64,000 nt of DNA from Sminthopsis crassicaudata. Taxonomy: Eukaryota. A model generated the notes under the pieces. That model ran no database searches. It saw only the letters and a list, made by a program, of their open reading frames with translations, and was not told where the DNA came from. Position numbers and translations under genes: made by a program. The DNA lies in assembly GCF_048593235.1 (NCBI RefSeq), contig NC_133618.1, positions 202,358,221 through 202,422,220 on the forward strand, written 5' to 3'. Position 1 is the stretch's first letter; the number at the start of each line of letters is the position of its first letter. Below, piece after piece: positions 1 to 11,404 of this stretch.

Positions 1-260
1 AAAAATCATTATTTGGATGAATACACAGATGGTATACTTATCCTATCTATTAATTTCACAAACATGAGATAGATTTTTATCTCAAAAGCTCAGAAAGGAT
101 CTCAGTAGGCCAAAATGATGGACTGAATCAAAGAGCATGAAATTTAATTGTAATAAAGGCAAAGCTCCTATATTTGGATATGAAAAGATCAACTACATAA
201 GTAGATATTGGAAAAACTTGAACTTTGTGTTGACCTGTAAAGATTTGTGACTGTCAAAAA
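1..260 (+). mobile_element. CR1/L3 LINE fragment (RT C-terminal part), truncated by window edge
   Basis: Degenerate match to the CR1 segment DLDRLE..W...N.MKFN..KCKVL.LG (ggactgaatcaaagagcatgaaatttaattgtaataaaggcaaagctcctatatttgg). No intact frame. Confidence 0.7.
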
Positions 261-289
261 AAGTTAACTGGATTATTTTTCTTTGAACT

Positions 290-1230
290 GTTATGATTTC
301 ATCAGTGGAAGAAGGGCTTCAGGACAGAAGGAAATGTTTTGATTTACATTAAGGGAAAAATGCAGTTTGTAAACTAAAGGCCAACGAATTTGATTTAGAT
401 TCCTGGAAAAATTCTACACTGTATTATTAAAAAGATGAATTGTGATAGTTTAGAAAGGGAAACAGTTGTTGAAAAGAACAGTCATAGCTTCATCAAAAAT
501 ATCCAGGTATCCAAACAAATTCCATTTTCTCTTGTGAAAAAGCAAATAGAATTGTAATATCAAGGACATTTGTAGCCAGAATATACTTAGATTTCAGCAA
601 AATATGTCTAAGTCATTAATATTATCTTTGTGATGAAGAGAAAATATGTGGACCACATGATAATAGTTAGATGGATTCAAAACTTATTGAATGAGCAGAT
701 CCAAAATAACCATCATTAATGTTCTTAGTATTAATCAACTAAAAGAGAAAGTGAAATGCCTCAAGAGTCTGTCTTTGACCATTTCTTTGCCATTGGATAA
801 AGAAAAAAAAGTGTTCCTGTTAAATGTGCAGACTTCACAAAACTAGGAGTGGTAGCATATGTAATGGGTGACAGATTCACTTCCAAAAAGGTCTTTACAG
901 GTTACAATAGTAAATTGAATTTTATATTATGATATCTAAATGATAAATGCTAAGTTCTACATTTGAATTCTCCCCCCAAAAATAGCTTTGGAAATACATT
1001 TTCTAGGTTGCAATTCCCATGGGGAAAGATCTGAGAGGGTATGATGGAGGGACTGTTCAATATAATTAGTAGTGTGACATGGCACCCAAAAATGTTAATG
1101 GGAAATTAGGGTTCATTGAGATTCATAGTATTCAGAATGTGGGAGGAGAGGTACAATATTGCTTTATTGCTTCTGGTAAAAGCATGTTCGATTCTGCAAT
1201 ACATATTTCAGGATAGAATTGAAAATCTGT
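290..1230 (+). mobile_element. CR1/L3 LINE, reverse-transcriptase region, decayed
   Basis: Successive degenerate CR1 RT motifs in order: LTSIPGKIL (ttagattcctggaaaaattc), IYLDFSK (atatacttagatttcagcaaa), PQGSV (atgcctcaagagtctgtc), KFADDTKLGG (aaatgtgcagacttcacaaaactaggag), EKDL (gaaagatctg). Confidence 0.8.
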
Positions 1231-1295
1231 AGCACATCCATTGAAAACTATATTTCTCTAAAATGCTTTATCCCTAATCTCAGATCCAATCCAGA

Positions 1296-1336
1296 GTTTA
1301 TATATTATACATATATGTATAGATACATATACACGA

Positions 1337-1382
<46 letters not shown>

Positions 1383-1550
1383 ATATATATGTATGTATGC
1401 AAATTGTCTAATTATGCAATCATCCGGCCCACATATTTCATTTTTTATTGCAAGAATAACATGAAAGAAGTTAGCATACATACATGTATATACATACACA
1501 TGAACTTATATACATGAAACTTTATATCTATACATATGTATGAGTGTATG
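1296..1550. repeat. TA-rich simple repeat with pure (TA)n core at 1342-1378
   Basis: Directly visible. Source of the spurious YIYIYI ORFs. Confidence 0.97.
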
Positions 1551-1589
1551 CATCTTATTCTTAAAAATTCAATTCAAATACTATCCCAT

Positions 1590-1930
1590 CCAAGAAGATT
1601 TTTTCGACTGCTCCCACCAAAATGATATCTTTCTCCTTTGGATTCTCATAGCCCAAACCCACTCACTAGTAAGATGATCTTTTATTTATTCTATATATAT
1701 TTTCTATGTAAAAATAGATCCTTACACACACAGACACACACACACACTTTTGTGTATATATAGATACAAATGTATAATTGTATAGTTTGATCCTCTGATA
1801 AAAATAAACTTTCTAAAAGTAGGCAATATTTTTTTTCTTTTTATGATCAGTACCTAGTATTAAACCTGGGACAGAGTAGATCTTTAGCAGTTTCTTGTAA
1901 CTAGAGATGTGGATACTTGTTGAATGAGTG
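1590..1930 (+). mobile_element. L2 3'-end fragments
   Basis: L2-type ctttctcctttggattctcatagc and terminal acttgttgaatgagtgaa tail. Confidence 0.55.
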
Positions 1931-1944
1931 AACAACATGGCTAA

Positions 1945-2410
1945 CAAACACTTGAAAACTTGATTTAAGGCAAAGGGGGTGGTTAGCCTGGATTGGAGAA
2001 GAGTAGACTTAGAAGAAGGGCATGATAGTAGGCAAGGTATTTGAAGTATAACAGAACTAGCCTTTTTTAATGCTTAACCACAGTTGGCAAAACTAGAAGT
2101 AATGGGTAGAAGTTGAAGAGAGATGGGTTTACTTTCAACATGAGAAAATAATTCTCAATAATCAGGATTCTAAATGTAGTGTGGGCTTCCTTAGGAAGCC
2201 ATGTCTACCCTATCTTGCATTTGCAAGATTGATTGCTTTGGAATTTAAGTGTAGAATTCTCCATTTAGCATTCAAACTCTCATTGAAGGTCATTAATTAG
2301 TGATTGGATAGAAACTAATAAAAATATTTTGAAGAGATTTCTGATTCAAGTGTAGCCTGGACAAATTGACCTCTGAGGTCCTTTTCTAGCACTGATACTC
2401 TTTGAATCTC
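1945..2410 (+). mobile_element. CR1/L3 3' end, probable continuation of 290-1230
   Basis: Degenerate LFSLEKRRLRG (agcctggattggagaagagtagacttaga), RTRSNG.KL (aaaactagaagtaatgggtagaagttg) and the CR1 tail gacctctgaggtccttttctagc. Confidence 0.8.
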
Positions 2411-3339
2411 ATACCTGTCCCTCTTAAAATTTGTATTTATTTGCTTATCTATGTTGGTCTAAATCTATGGGATTCTAGTGCTTTTTGGACTTTTACTTGC
2501 TGAAGGTTCCAGATTAAATCCAAATGTTCTGGCACACAAATCCATATTATGCACCCTCCCCATCCCTATGGCAGCCAGCACCAGTATCATTCTATGTAAA
2601 TATTTTCCTGTAAAGTTTTATACCTCTAATTTAGTGTCTGATTTCCAATATAAAGAAAACGCTGATGAACAGTTTAAGATCCCCACATGAGTGCTTTGTG
2701 AATATTTATAAGGGGTCTATGGTAGCCTGCTTCTATTATTCCTGGCTGATCTTTATTATTTAGAGAGCAATTCATCATTTTCAGAGGCGAAAGATGTATT
2801 GGTTTCCAACATCTCACTGCCTGACAAATGCTTTTCATAGCATTTTAATTCTGAAATGAACTCAAATCATAACCTTTGCTGGGGTGGTTTTTCTGGAAGA
2901 ATTGCTTATCTCGGGTATCTCTGGGTCCACATTTCCAGAGGACAAGATGGTGTTTTATTACAAAGAAGGGAGCTATAGAGCACATTTTAGGCAAAATCCA
3001 CACGCTGTCAGCATTCACAGATTGTTGGCAACTGCTCTTTTAGTAATATGTCAGCTAGTTGCTGAGCCTCATACTTACATCTCAGTTTGTTCTCTGGTTA
3101 AAGAATGTTAAAAGTTCCCAACTTACAAGGATTGAAATTATTTCTACTAGTTAAATGCCCTTTCTAGGAGGAGGAAGTTGGGCAAGAGGGAAGGACACCT
3201 TTTTATTTGCTTCTCCATCTCTTCTAGATTTCCTCCTCTTCAGAACCATATCTTAGCTCATAAATCAAGGTATCACATAATAGATCAGAGAGATTATCAA
3301 GTCCTACCTGCTAATTAACTTTCATTTCAGGGCAATGAG

Positions 3340-3640
3340 TTCCTAAGACTCAATTAAGCAGTATTTATTTAAAGAATTCTATATGCTTAGAACTGTGCTT
3401 GGTCATGAAGAACACCTTGGAATTCAAGCCAGTATCTGATCTCAAGGAATTTATAGCCTAGCTAGAGATATAATAATTGCACATATGGATAATTCATGAC
3501 AATATGCAATAATCAACTTATTGGTACAACCTATGTTGTTGCTGTTGAGAAATGAACTTGGAGTATCTTGAGAAGACTTCTTGGATGATTTGGGACTGTA
3601 TCTGTACCGTTTAGGAATAGACAGGCTTTAAGTAGGTAGG
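3340..3640 (-). mobile_element. L2 3' fragment
   Basis: caattaagcagtatttattt...ctcaaggaatttatagcctag...gaagacttcttggatga pattern. Confidence 0.6.
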
Positions 3641-4019
3641 ATGTGCATCAAGGTCTTATACCTTTGGTACAGTGAGAAGAGTACTGGCTCTGAAATCAGA
3701 GCACCTAAATTAAAATTGTATTTTCCATTTCTGTTACCTGGAAGAAATAACTTAATTTCCTATGTCAGAGGTCCTTCTGGTTTTAAACCTATGATCCCAA
3801 GTAAATCATGTTAATATTTCTTCTCTTAAGAAAGATTAATGATGATAAGTAAAATTGTTAGAAAATATCCAGTAATCCCAAGAAATAATTGTCGCATATT
3901 TCATGATTTTGTAATTTGTATTCAGGATTCCTCTGTTCTAAAATAAATTAATTTATGGATTAGAGAAGATCATGTAAACATAAATAAAATTTTATGTTTT
4001 GAGAGTAAAGGAAAATAAA

Positions 4020-4245
4020 GATTTATTAAGCACTGGGCTAAGAGCTTTGTAAATATTATCTTATTTGATTCTCATGAAAATCCTGAGAGGTAAATACAAT
4101 TATTATTATTCCTCTTTTATAGTTGAGGGAACTGGGTTAGATAGAGATGAGGTGACTTACCTTGAGTCACACAGCTAATGTCTAAAATTTGATCTGAACT
4201 CAGCTCTTCCTGATTCCATGTCTATCATTCTATTCATTACACTAC
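4020..4245 (-). mobile_element. MIR/CORE-SINE
   Basis: CORE (ttttatagttgagggaactg, gtgacttaccttgagtcacacagcta) and reversed tRNA-like head. Confidence 0.85.
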
Positions 4246-4610
4246 TTATCTAGATCTTTTGACCAAATCACTTTCCCTCTCTGACCTACCAATTTTTCAC
4301 ATGTATAAAATTAAATAAAAACTAAGTAATTTCTAAGGTATTTTCTAGTTCTAAATATTAAAATCTTCCTTAGCCTATGATTTTTAATAATTTATTCTGT
4401 AATATAGAATTATGTTTTTTAAATTAAGGTTTTATGAACCCTTCATAAAAAGGGGCGTGATTACCTAAGACATTTGAGGAGTACATTCACAATATTCTAT
4501 TTTAATATCATAAAAGTAACTCTGGCTTCTCAAGTTGATTTACATTTATTAAACTTTGGAATCAACTTGTTTAAATCTTAATATCTGTCAGGTTCTATTT
4601 TTAATGACAT

Positions 4611-4875
4611 TTAGGTACACAGTGGATAGAGCACTAGCCTTAAAGTCAGAAAGACACAAGTTTAAATTTACTGTCAGATACTTAATAACTGTGTGATCCT
4701 AGATGAGTCACTTAACCCCTATACTGAAACACTAATTTTCTCAATTATAAAATGGGAATAATTATGGCACCTGTCTCCCAGGGCTATAGAAAAGATCAAA
4801 TGTGATAATATTTGCAAAGAACTTAATACAGTGTTTCATATTTAGTGGGGTATTATATAAATGTTAGTTATTATT
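4611..4875 (+). mobile_element. MIR/CORE-SINE, near full length
   Basis: Head agtggatagagcactagcc, CORE tgtgtgatcctagatgagtcacttaacc...taaaatgggaataa, tail gatcaaatgtgataat. Confidence 0.85.
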
Positions 4876-5419
4876 TTGTGAAGAAGAACCAACATGAGTA
4901 AAGAGAATCTTATTACTTATAGACTGTCCATGAAGTAAGTAATTAATTAGCTGTGACAATCTCTAAGGCAGAAAAATATAAAATTGCCTTTGGATCCTAT
5001 GTGGTTCCCTTCTACTCCTGTGGCAACGGGGCCAGAGTAGTGGGAAAGTAATCTGAGAGTGCTAATAATCACATAATTATTAGACCTTTTATAAACTTTT
5101 AAATTCTGATATTGGTACTCTAAATGTAAGATCAAAAAGTAGGCAAAGTACTGGAGTAAGAATTAACAGTCTTGATGTCTTTACTATGAAGTAAAAAGAT
5201 AAGAATAAAATAACAACTAAATGGTTCACAGGGTCTCCTTGAAGAGGAAGATAAAGTAGCTGATAGAGTTCATATTGCTGTGCATTCAAAATTACAAGAA
5301 ACTCGATTTTATGGGGGCACTTAGTCATTTTTATATTTTTTAAACCTGTATTCCTTGGTGGGATTTTGATCAAGATTTTTAATCATAAAGCCTGACATTT
5401 GATCATTTTGTATGGTAGT

Positions 5420-6810
5420 ATTCATTACAAACATTGGCAAAAAAGACAGCCTTGAAAACAATTGTAGCTCAGACAAGATTTGTTTCAGAGAATAGAAGCA
5501 TAGAGTAAATCTGTGGACAACTTGATAATATCTTCCAAATTAAATCAGTATTCTTTGATAATCAGTGGATTCCATGCAAATGGTAGGAATTAGAGAAGGG
5601 CAAAAATATGTTGGGAAATATGGAGCAGGAATAAAGAATGAGAGAGGTCAAAGATATGTAGGCTACACAGAAGTTCTATGCTAATATGTCATGAATACAA
5701 GCTTTGAGAAAAGGATCAGAAGGAACACAGTTTGCACTATATAACCTCAAAAAATGAATAACTGAAGAGATGATTTTATTAGTGTGCAAGTCATTCCTGA
5801 ATTAATTGCAGTCAGAATGCCATCTTCTTAAAGATAAAAAATACAAAACTAGAATGACAAAAATGAGCAAAATATAACATACACTTAATAATAATAAATA
5901 GCATTTATATAATGATTTAAGGTTTATAAAACACTTTACATATATTATCTCATTTTTCCATCTCAACAAGCCTTGGACGAAGATGCTATTATTATTGCCA
6001 TTTTACGAGTAGTGACTTCTCCATAGTTTCACAATTAGTATCTGAGGTGGGAATTGATTCCATTCATTCTCACTCCAAGTCCAACACTCTGCCCTTACCT
6101 CTTTAAACAAACTATTAATACCAATAAAGAGAAACAGAGGAAAGAACATCAACCTTGATTTCTTTAAGTTAATATAGGAGTTCAATGAATGTTAAGTAAA
6201 TTTCCATAATGAGTAGACTAAAAGATTTGAAAAAAAATCTTAATCAACAATACTTGACTTATTAGAGAGATATAGTAGCCTAAGATAACTTGGATTTACA
6301 TAGTAGAAGTTTATGAGCAATACCATATATTTCTTCCCCTACCCCACCATAAAACAGTAGTAGAAAAGGTTCATTTTAAAGAAAGTATAGCAATTCAATA
6401 GTTGATCCCATAGCATTTGTAAATGATACTAGAAGGAGGACAAAAACCAGAAAAATATGAGAAAGGTCTGCAAAAGCTCTTTTAATGAACAAACTTTCTT
6501 CACCATCAAGGATAGTGAAGATCAACCCATCTCAATTCTAACATTACAGTAGCAGGTGCAACCCTCTATTGAAAATGGAAATTTTATTGAAGAAAACAAA
6601 GATGGGAAAAGCAACTGGTTTAGACTGAGTATACACAAAATCTCTGCTAGAAGTAATATAGTTGGGAGTCTAATGAGGGATCTGTTTTTAAGGTATCTGA
6701 AAGCATGGAAAAAATATTGGACTCAATTTCCTACAAAGGCAACTTAAGGGTATCAGTTACTATGAACTCCTATATCTACATTCCCATCAATATGAAAATT
6801 GTGTTAAGGA
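5420..6810 (+). mobile_element. RTE-clade LINE, endonuclease to RT region, decayed and interrupted by a MIR (about 5880-6110)
   Basis: Translates to VGKYGAGIKNERGQR near 5610-5655 and KMGKATGLD near 6600-6626, both RTE ORF motifs. Many stops and frameshifts. Confidence 0.75.
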
Positions 6811-6819
6811 AATCTTTGT

Positions 6820-6948
6820 ATCTCTCTCTCTCTCTTTCTCTGTCTGCTTATCTAATTATCTAATCTGTATCTCCATCCCATTCATCCATCTATCCATATC
6901 TCTCTATCATTTATCTATCTCTCTATCTCTCTCTCTATCTATCTATCT
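6820..6948. repeat. (CT)n/(CTAT)n compound microsatellite
   Basis: Directly visible. Confidence 0.95.
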
Positions 6949-7814
6949 AAGGCCTCTTTGATGAGGGTATTAGAAGTAAAAGGTAAATTATCACAAGGCA
7001 TGTTTCACAGATCACATTTTTTACCAACATTAAATGGACTAAAATATATAGACAATTACATTTTTTTATTCAATATAAACATAAATAATTCAGTAGGGCA
7101 AAATTCTACTCTAATTGTTCCCTTTCAACAATATATCAACTGTGTACACACAATAATTTTATAGAATTCTTCAGGGACAAACCATGTTCACTGAATTTCT
7201 GGTCATTAATATAAAACAAAGGGAAATATATGAATGCCAAAGGTATTCACTACCATCATAAAAGAATTCTGAGAACAAATTCTGATCAAAATGTGATAAT
7301 CTATAGATAAGTCCTTCAGATGCTTTTTTGTGTATATGAACGACATTTATATTGATCCCATCAAACCCTGGAGTACTGCAGAGCCTTATAAATTTCCTCT
7401 CTGCTTCATTTGTCTTACCTTTTCCTAGCCTAGGTGTCCTAATAGCGACTTGGTCCCAGTCTTGTTAGTAACTTGTTGGGTTTGAGAGGCAGAGTTAATA
7501 GTTCAGCAGAAGGTATTTTCTACAGGTCTGGCCATGGTCATTAGGGAATGAAAAATGAAAATGAAAGAAATATCTTATTTACTTTTTTACAAAGTAACTT
7601 GAACTATCTTGAGGTCTGTATCTCTTGAAACAAGAAGGGTGCAAATCCACTAAACACCCTACCTACTCAGTAGCTCCTACTGCTTGTTTAAACAATCAAA
7701 CATGATTTCTAATATTTCTTCCTTTAGAAATTGACAGATTGAGGAAGATCATTTGCTTTTCATGGCCCTTAGTGATCTTTTAGTAAATTTTTTATTAAAT
7801 TAAATTTCATCAAA

Positions 7815-8150
7815 TCATAGAATTTGAAAGTTGGTAGAAGATGCCTTCTCATCTAACTCATACATAACATTTTAACAAAATCAGACCCAGATCCAGATCC
7901 TCCAAGAAAGGGGAGCCCATAATCTCTCAAGGCAGGAAATTTTACTTTTGGAAAGTTTTAATTGTTCGGAAATTTTTCTTGATATCATGCCTAAATGTAT
8001 TTTTTTTTACACTTTATAGTCATTTCTTCCTGTTCTGCCCTTGAGGGCCATATAGAACAAAGCTCCTCCATGTGACAGCCCTACTTGAAAACAGCTATCA
8101 TGTCTCCCCAAGTCTTCTATTCATCAGACTCAACATGCCCAATTCCTGGT
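7815..8150 (-). mobile_element. CR1/L3 3' fragment
   Basis: Reverse CR1 3' pattern: tcatagaatttgaaagttgg, ggaaatttttcttgatatc, cttgaaaacagctatcatgtctcc. Confidence 0.75.
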
Positions 8151-9946
8151 ATTTAAATTTGAATATAAGGCTATAATTACCTGGTAAACCTATCTCTATT
8201 TATATTCCTAATCCTAGTATGAATCAGTATATAGCAGCTCACTCAAAATCACAACACATTTATCAAGTATTTCTTACAACTAAAATGTCGATACATGAGG
8301 GACTTCCAAGGGGGCACATTTGGAGGCTGATATGGATACATCCAAACAGCTGTTTGTTCTTGGCAGTAGTTACTGTATATAAAAATTAGACACTTGGCAT
8401 TTTGGAAAGGAATCATTTTCAACTATCATGGAAAAAATGTACATTCATCAATGGCTTAAGGAGCTGTGTTTTCATCAGAGTAAGTTCTCTCTTTTGATAT
8501 AGATTGTGATCTCTTTATGCCTTAATAAATGACTTTTAAATTTGTCCATTTAAATAATTAATTATCAGGTAACACTTTCCAGTGAGGGTCTTCGAACAGA
8601 AAGCTCACAATCCAACAAGTACTACAAGTCTACAGTTTGAGTTCTTTCCACCTACACAGTCTTTTGGGGCAAGTAGGGTCCAAGATGATCAGGCATTGAG
8701 AAGTGCTATAATTAATCAGAAAGTATACAAATATCATAAAATAGCCCCAGTTTAAATGTATTCAATCATATAGACTTCAGATAAATTTAAGAAAACACAG
8801 GGAATCTTAGTATTGACATTTATTTGTCATCATTAGAGAATTCTGTGAGGTAAAGAGGGAGGACTAATATAACTTCACTCCTGAGGAGATTTGGACAGCC
8901 AAGTGTCATGAGAGAAGGATTCTGAATGAGGAACTTCAAGAGAATTGAGTTTAAAAATTGCCATTCTGGAGAATTGAAGGGCAAATTCTTCTCCTTTTCC
9001 AGACTTTGGAGATGACTCTAAGTTACCAGTTTTAATAGAATAGGGGTTTGGAACTAAATAATTAAATAATGAGACAATTTGGCATTTTAAATGATATGAG
9101 GTAATTTCCTATAATATCTGCTAGATTGCCAAAAAGAAAAAATCACCAATTTAAAAAAAGAAATGAAGAAAGAAAGAAAGAAATCAGTAATAGAGCACTT
9201 GAAAATTATTGCTCATACCATGTAACATACCCACACACCTAAAAGCAATTTCTATATCTAAGGTCTCATCCTTTGCATTGCTATATGTGGTTAGCAAAAT
9301 CCTGCTATATGTGAAGAAAAGAATTTTTGCATATCAAGAGTTAACATGACCGATAGTATGTGTATAGAAATGAAATAAGGTAAACAGAACTATCATTGCT
9401 GAGAAAACTGACAGTGGCATTTAGGAGTCTGTGAGAGAATGACAGCTAACTGTCTATGAAGACATTCTGTGAATACATTGTGAGGAAAACTGTTGAGGGA
9501 AACTAAGATTTCAATTCCTTTTAAGAATTGAACTTAGTTATAAATTAGATTGTAGAGAAAAAAATTAACATTTCTAAAGAGAATTTGGTAAAAATTTTTT
9601 CCGAGAGGGCCTGAGCTGGTAATTTTTAAAGACAATTGATTTGTTGTACTGTGAATTCAGTGTATAGAAGAAATTATCAGGAAGTTGAGGATGGGTGAGA
9701 GATTCTTGGCATTAAAGTAATTACTTTCCCAGTGTACTAAAATGACTTTAAGGGTGACCACCATCAAACATTAAAATGTTTAAATAATGTTTTATCTGTT
9801 CATCTGCAATTAGTAATTACTTCTAATAAATTATATCAGAGTAACAGAGTGTGAGAAAAAGGAGAGAATATGTGAAACAAGAGATTGTTCCAATTCTTCT
9901 GGGGAGCGGGTGTTGGGATGACATCTCAAGATAATTGATTAACTTT

Positions 9947-10402
9947 ATGGGCCAGAACTTGAAACTAGGTGCTAAGTCAGTGGAATTGATAGAAACAATA
10001 GTTATCTAATTTAACATGGTGCTTAACAGTTCTCTAGTTCAGTACATGTACTTAGTACTTACTGTAGTTCTACAAGATTCACACCTTTGATAAGATAGCA
10101 TATATAAGCCAGGAGCCTCAGCCAGGATTCAGTCGGGGAGATTCAGAAGCCAGAGAAGGCAGGCGGGAGCTCAAGCTGTTGGGACCAAGGCCAGAAAGAA
10201 AGGCTCTCCAGAAAGCTTCCCAGCCCCAGGAAGGAGATAATACAGGATCTGGACTATAAGAAAGCTAACTGGGCCACAAGAAAGGAGAAAAGACTTGGAA
10301 AGAGACAATAAAGGATTTGGACTTTAACCCCTGGTGATTACTGAACTGAAAGGAAGGCTGCCTCCAGAGAACCCAAGAAAACCCCGACAAGAGAACATTA
10401 CA
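9947..10402 (+). mobile_element. Solo LTR (ERV-type)
   Basis: TATATAAG at 10101-10108, AATAAA at 10307-10312, ends in CATTACA at 10402. CTTT flanks both sides (9943-9946, 10403-10406) as a possible 4-bp TSD. The 5' TG is not visible, so the left boundary is uncertain. Confidence 0.75.
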
Positions 10403-10536
10403 CTTTAAAGAGAATAGATTAACTAGTTAATAAAAATTATATTTCAAATAATTTTGGAGTTAATTCCAAGATAATATTTCTAGACTGACTTTGAACCTAT
10501 AGAAAATTGTCATGTGACAAGTCAGTAGTAGACTAA

Positions 10537-10620
10537 AAAGGATGGAGATTTGCTTTGATTGTTCTATGGAACACTTAAAAAGTATGGAGATTTACTTTGA
10601 TTGTTCTATGGAACACTTAA
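10537..10620. repeat. 42-bp tandem duplication (2 copies)
   Basis: atggagattt(g/a)ctttgattgttctatggaacacttaa at 10542 and 10584. Two mismatches. Confidence 0.95.
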
Positions 10621-10640
10621 CAGGTTTTAGGCACATTATA

Positions 10641-10793
10641 ATTTTTTTTTTTTTTTTGCTGAGGCAATTGGGTTAAATGACTTGTCCAGGGTGCCACAGC
10701 TAGGAAGGGTTAAGTGTCTGAGGACAGATTGGAACTCAGGTCATCCTGACTTCAGGGCTAGTATTCTGCCCACTGTGTCACCTAGCTGCCCCG
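10641..10793 (-). mobile_element. WSINE1 (young CORE-SINE of Australian marsupials)
   Basis: Poly(T) tail then gctgaggcaattgggttaaatgacttgtccagggtgccacagctagg...cacctagctgcccc. 8-bp TSD ACATTATA at 10633-10640 and 10794-10801. Confidence 0.93.
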
Positions 10794-11373
10794 ACATTAT
10801 ACATTTTCATACACCTGTGGGAATGTACAAAAATAGAAAGAAAAAGGTTTTCAAACAAAACTTGTCCTTTGAACACTGATTTTAATCTGGTGATGAGTTT
10901 GTGGTTGTAAATCACAGAACCCTAAAATTCCCGTAGGATTAAAATTGTTGAGGAACCAAATAGCAGTAGAGAAATACATAATAGGCTTAAGTGGTATACC
11001 CTTCCCAACCATTGATTTGGGCGGAAGAAATTATCATAAAAAGTGGCATTCAGGAAATTTATCATTAGAAAAGAAGGGCTAGTATCACAGTAATTTCTAT
11101 CCTATGATAATTAGGAAGTCTTGTTCCTCCTCCCTTATCCCCCAACAGGTAAAGAAACTATCTTTGAAGCTGAATTGTCCTGTGGAATTAAGACTCTAAA
11201 AATAACATTTTCCGGATCACATCACATACAAAACCATAACCTCACTTACTTATCAGGCTTCACATATACTTCAGATTAGTATGTCCCCATGGCAAAGGGA
11301 AAGACTGGGGAACTGTACTTAAGCTGGTCAATGTTCCATTATTATTTAATATTTCTTAGCCAGTGTTAAATAA

Positions 11374-11404
<31 letters not shown>
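11374..11404. repeat. (TTTTG)n
   Basis: Directly visible. Confidence 0.95.

Noticed and set aside
1219-1499. YIYIYI ORFs; also CVCV/THTH ORFs at 50528-50877 and the poly-Ser ORF at 45789-46019
   Set aside because: Translations of microsatellites.
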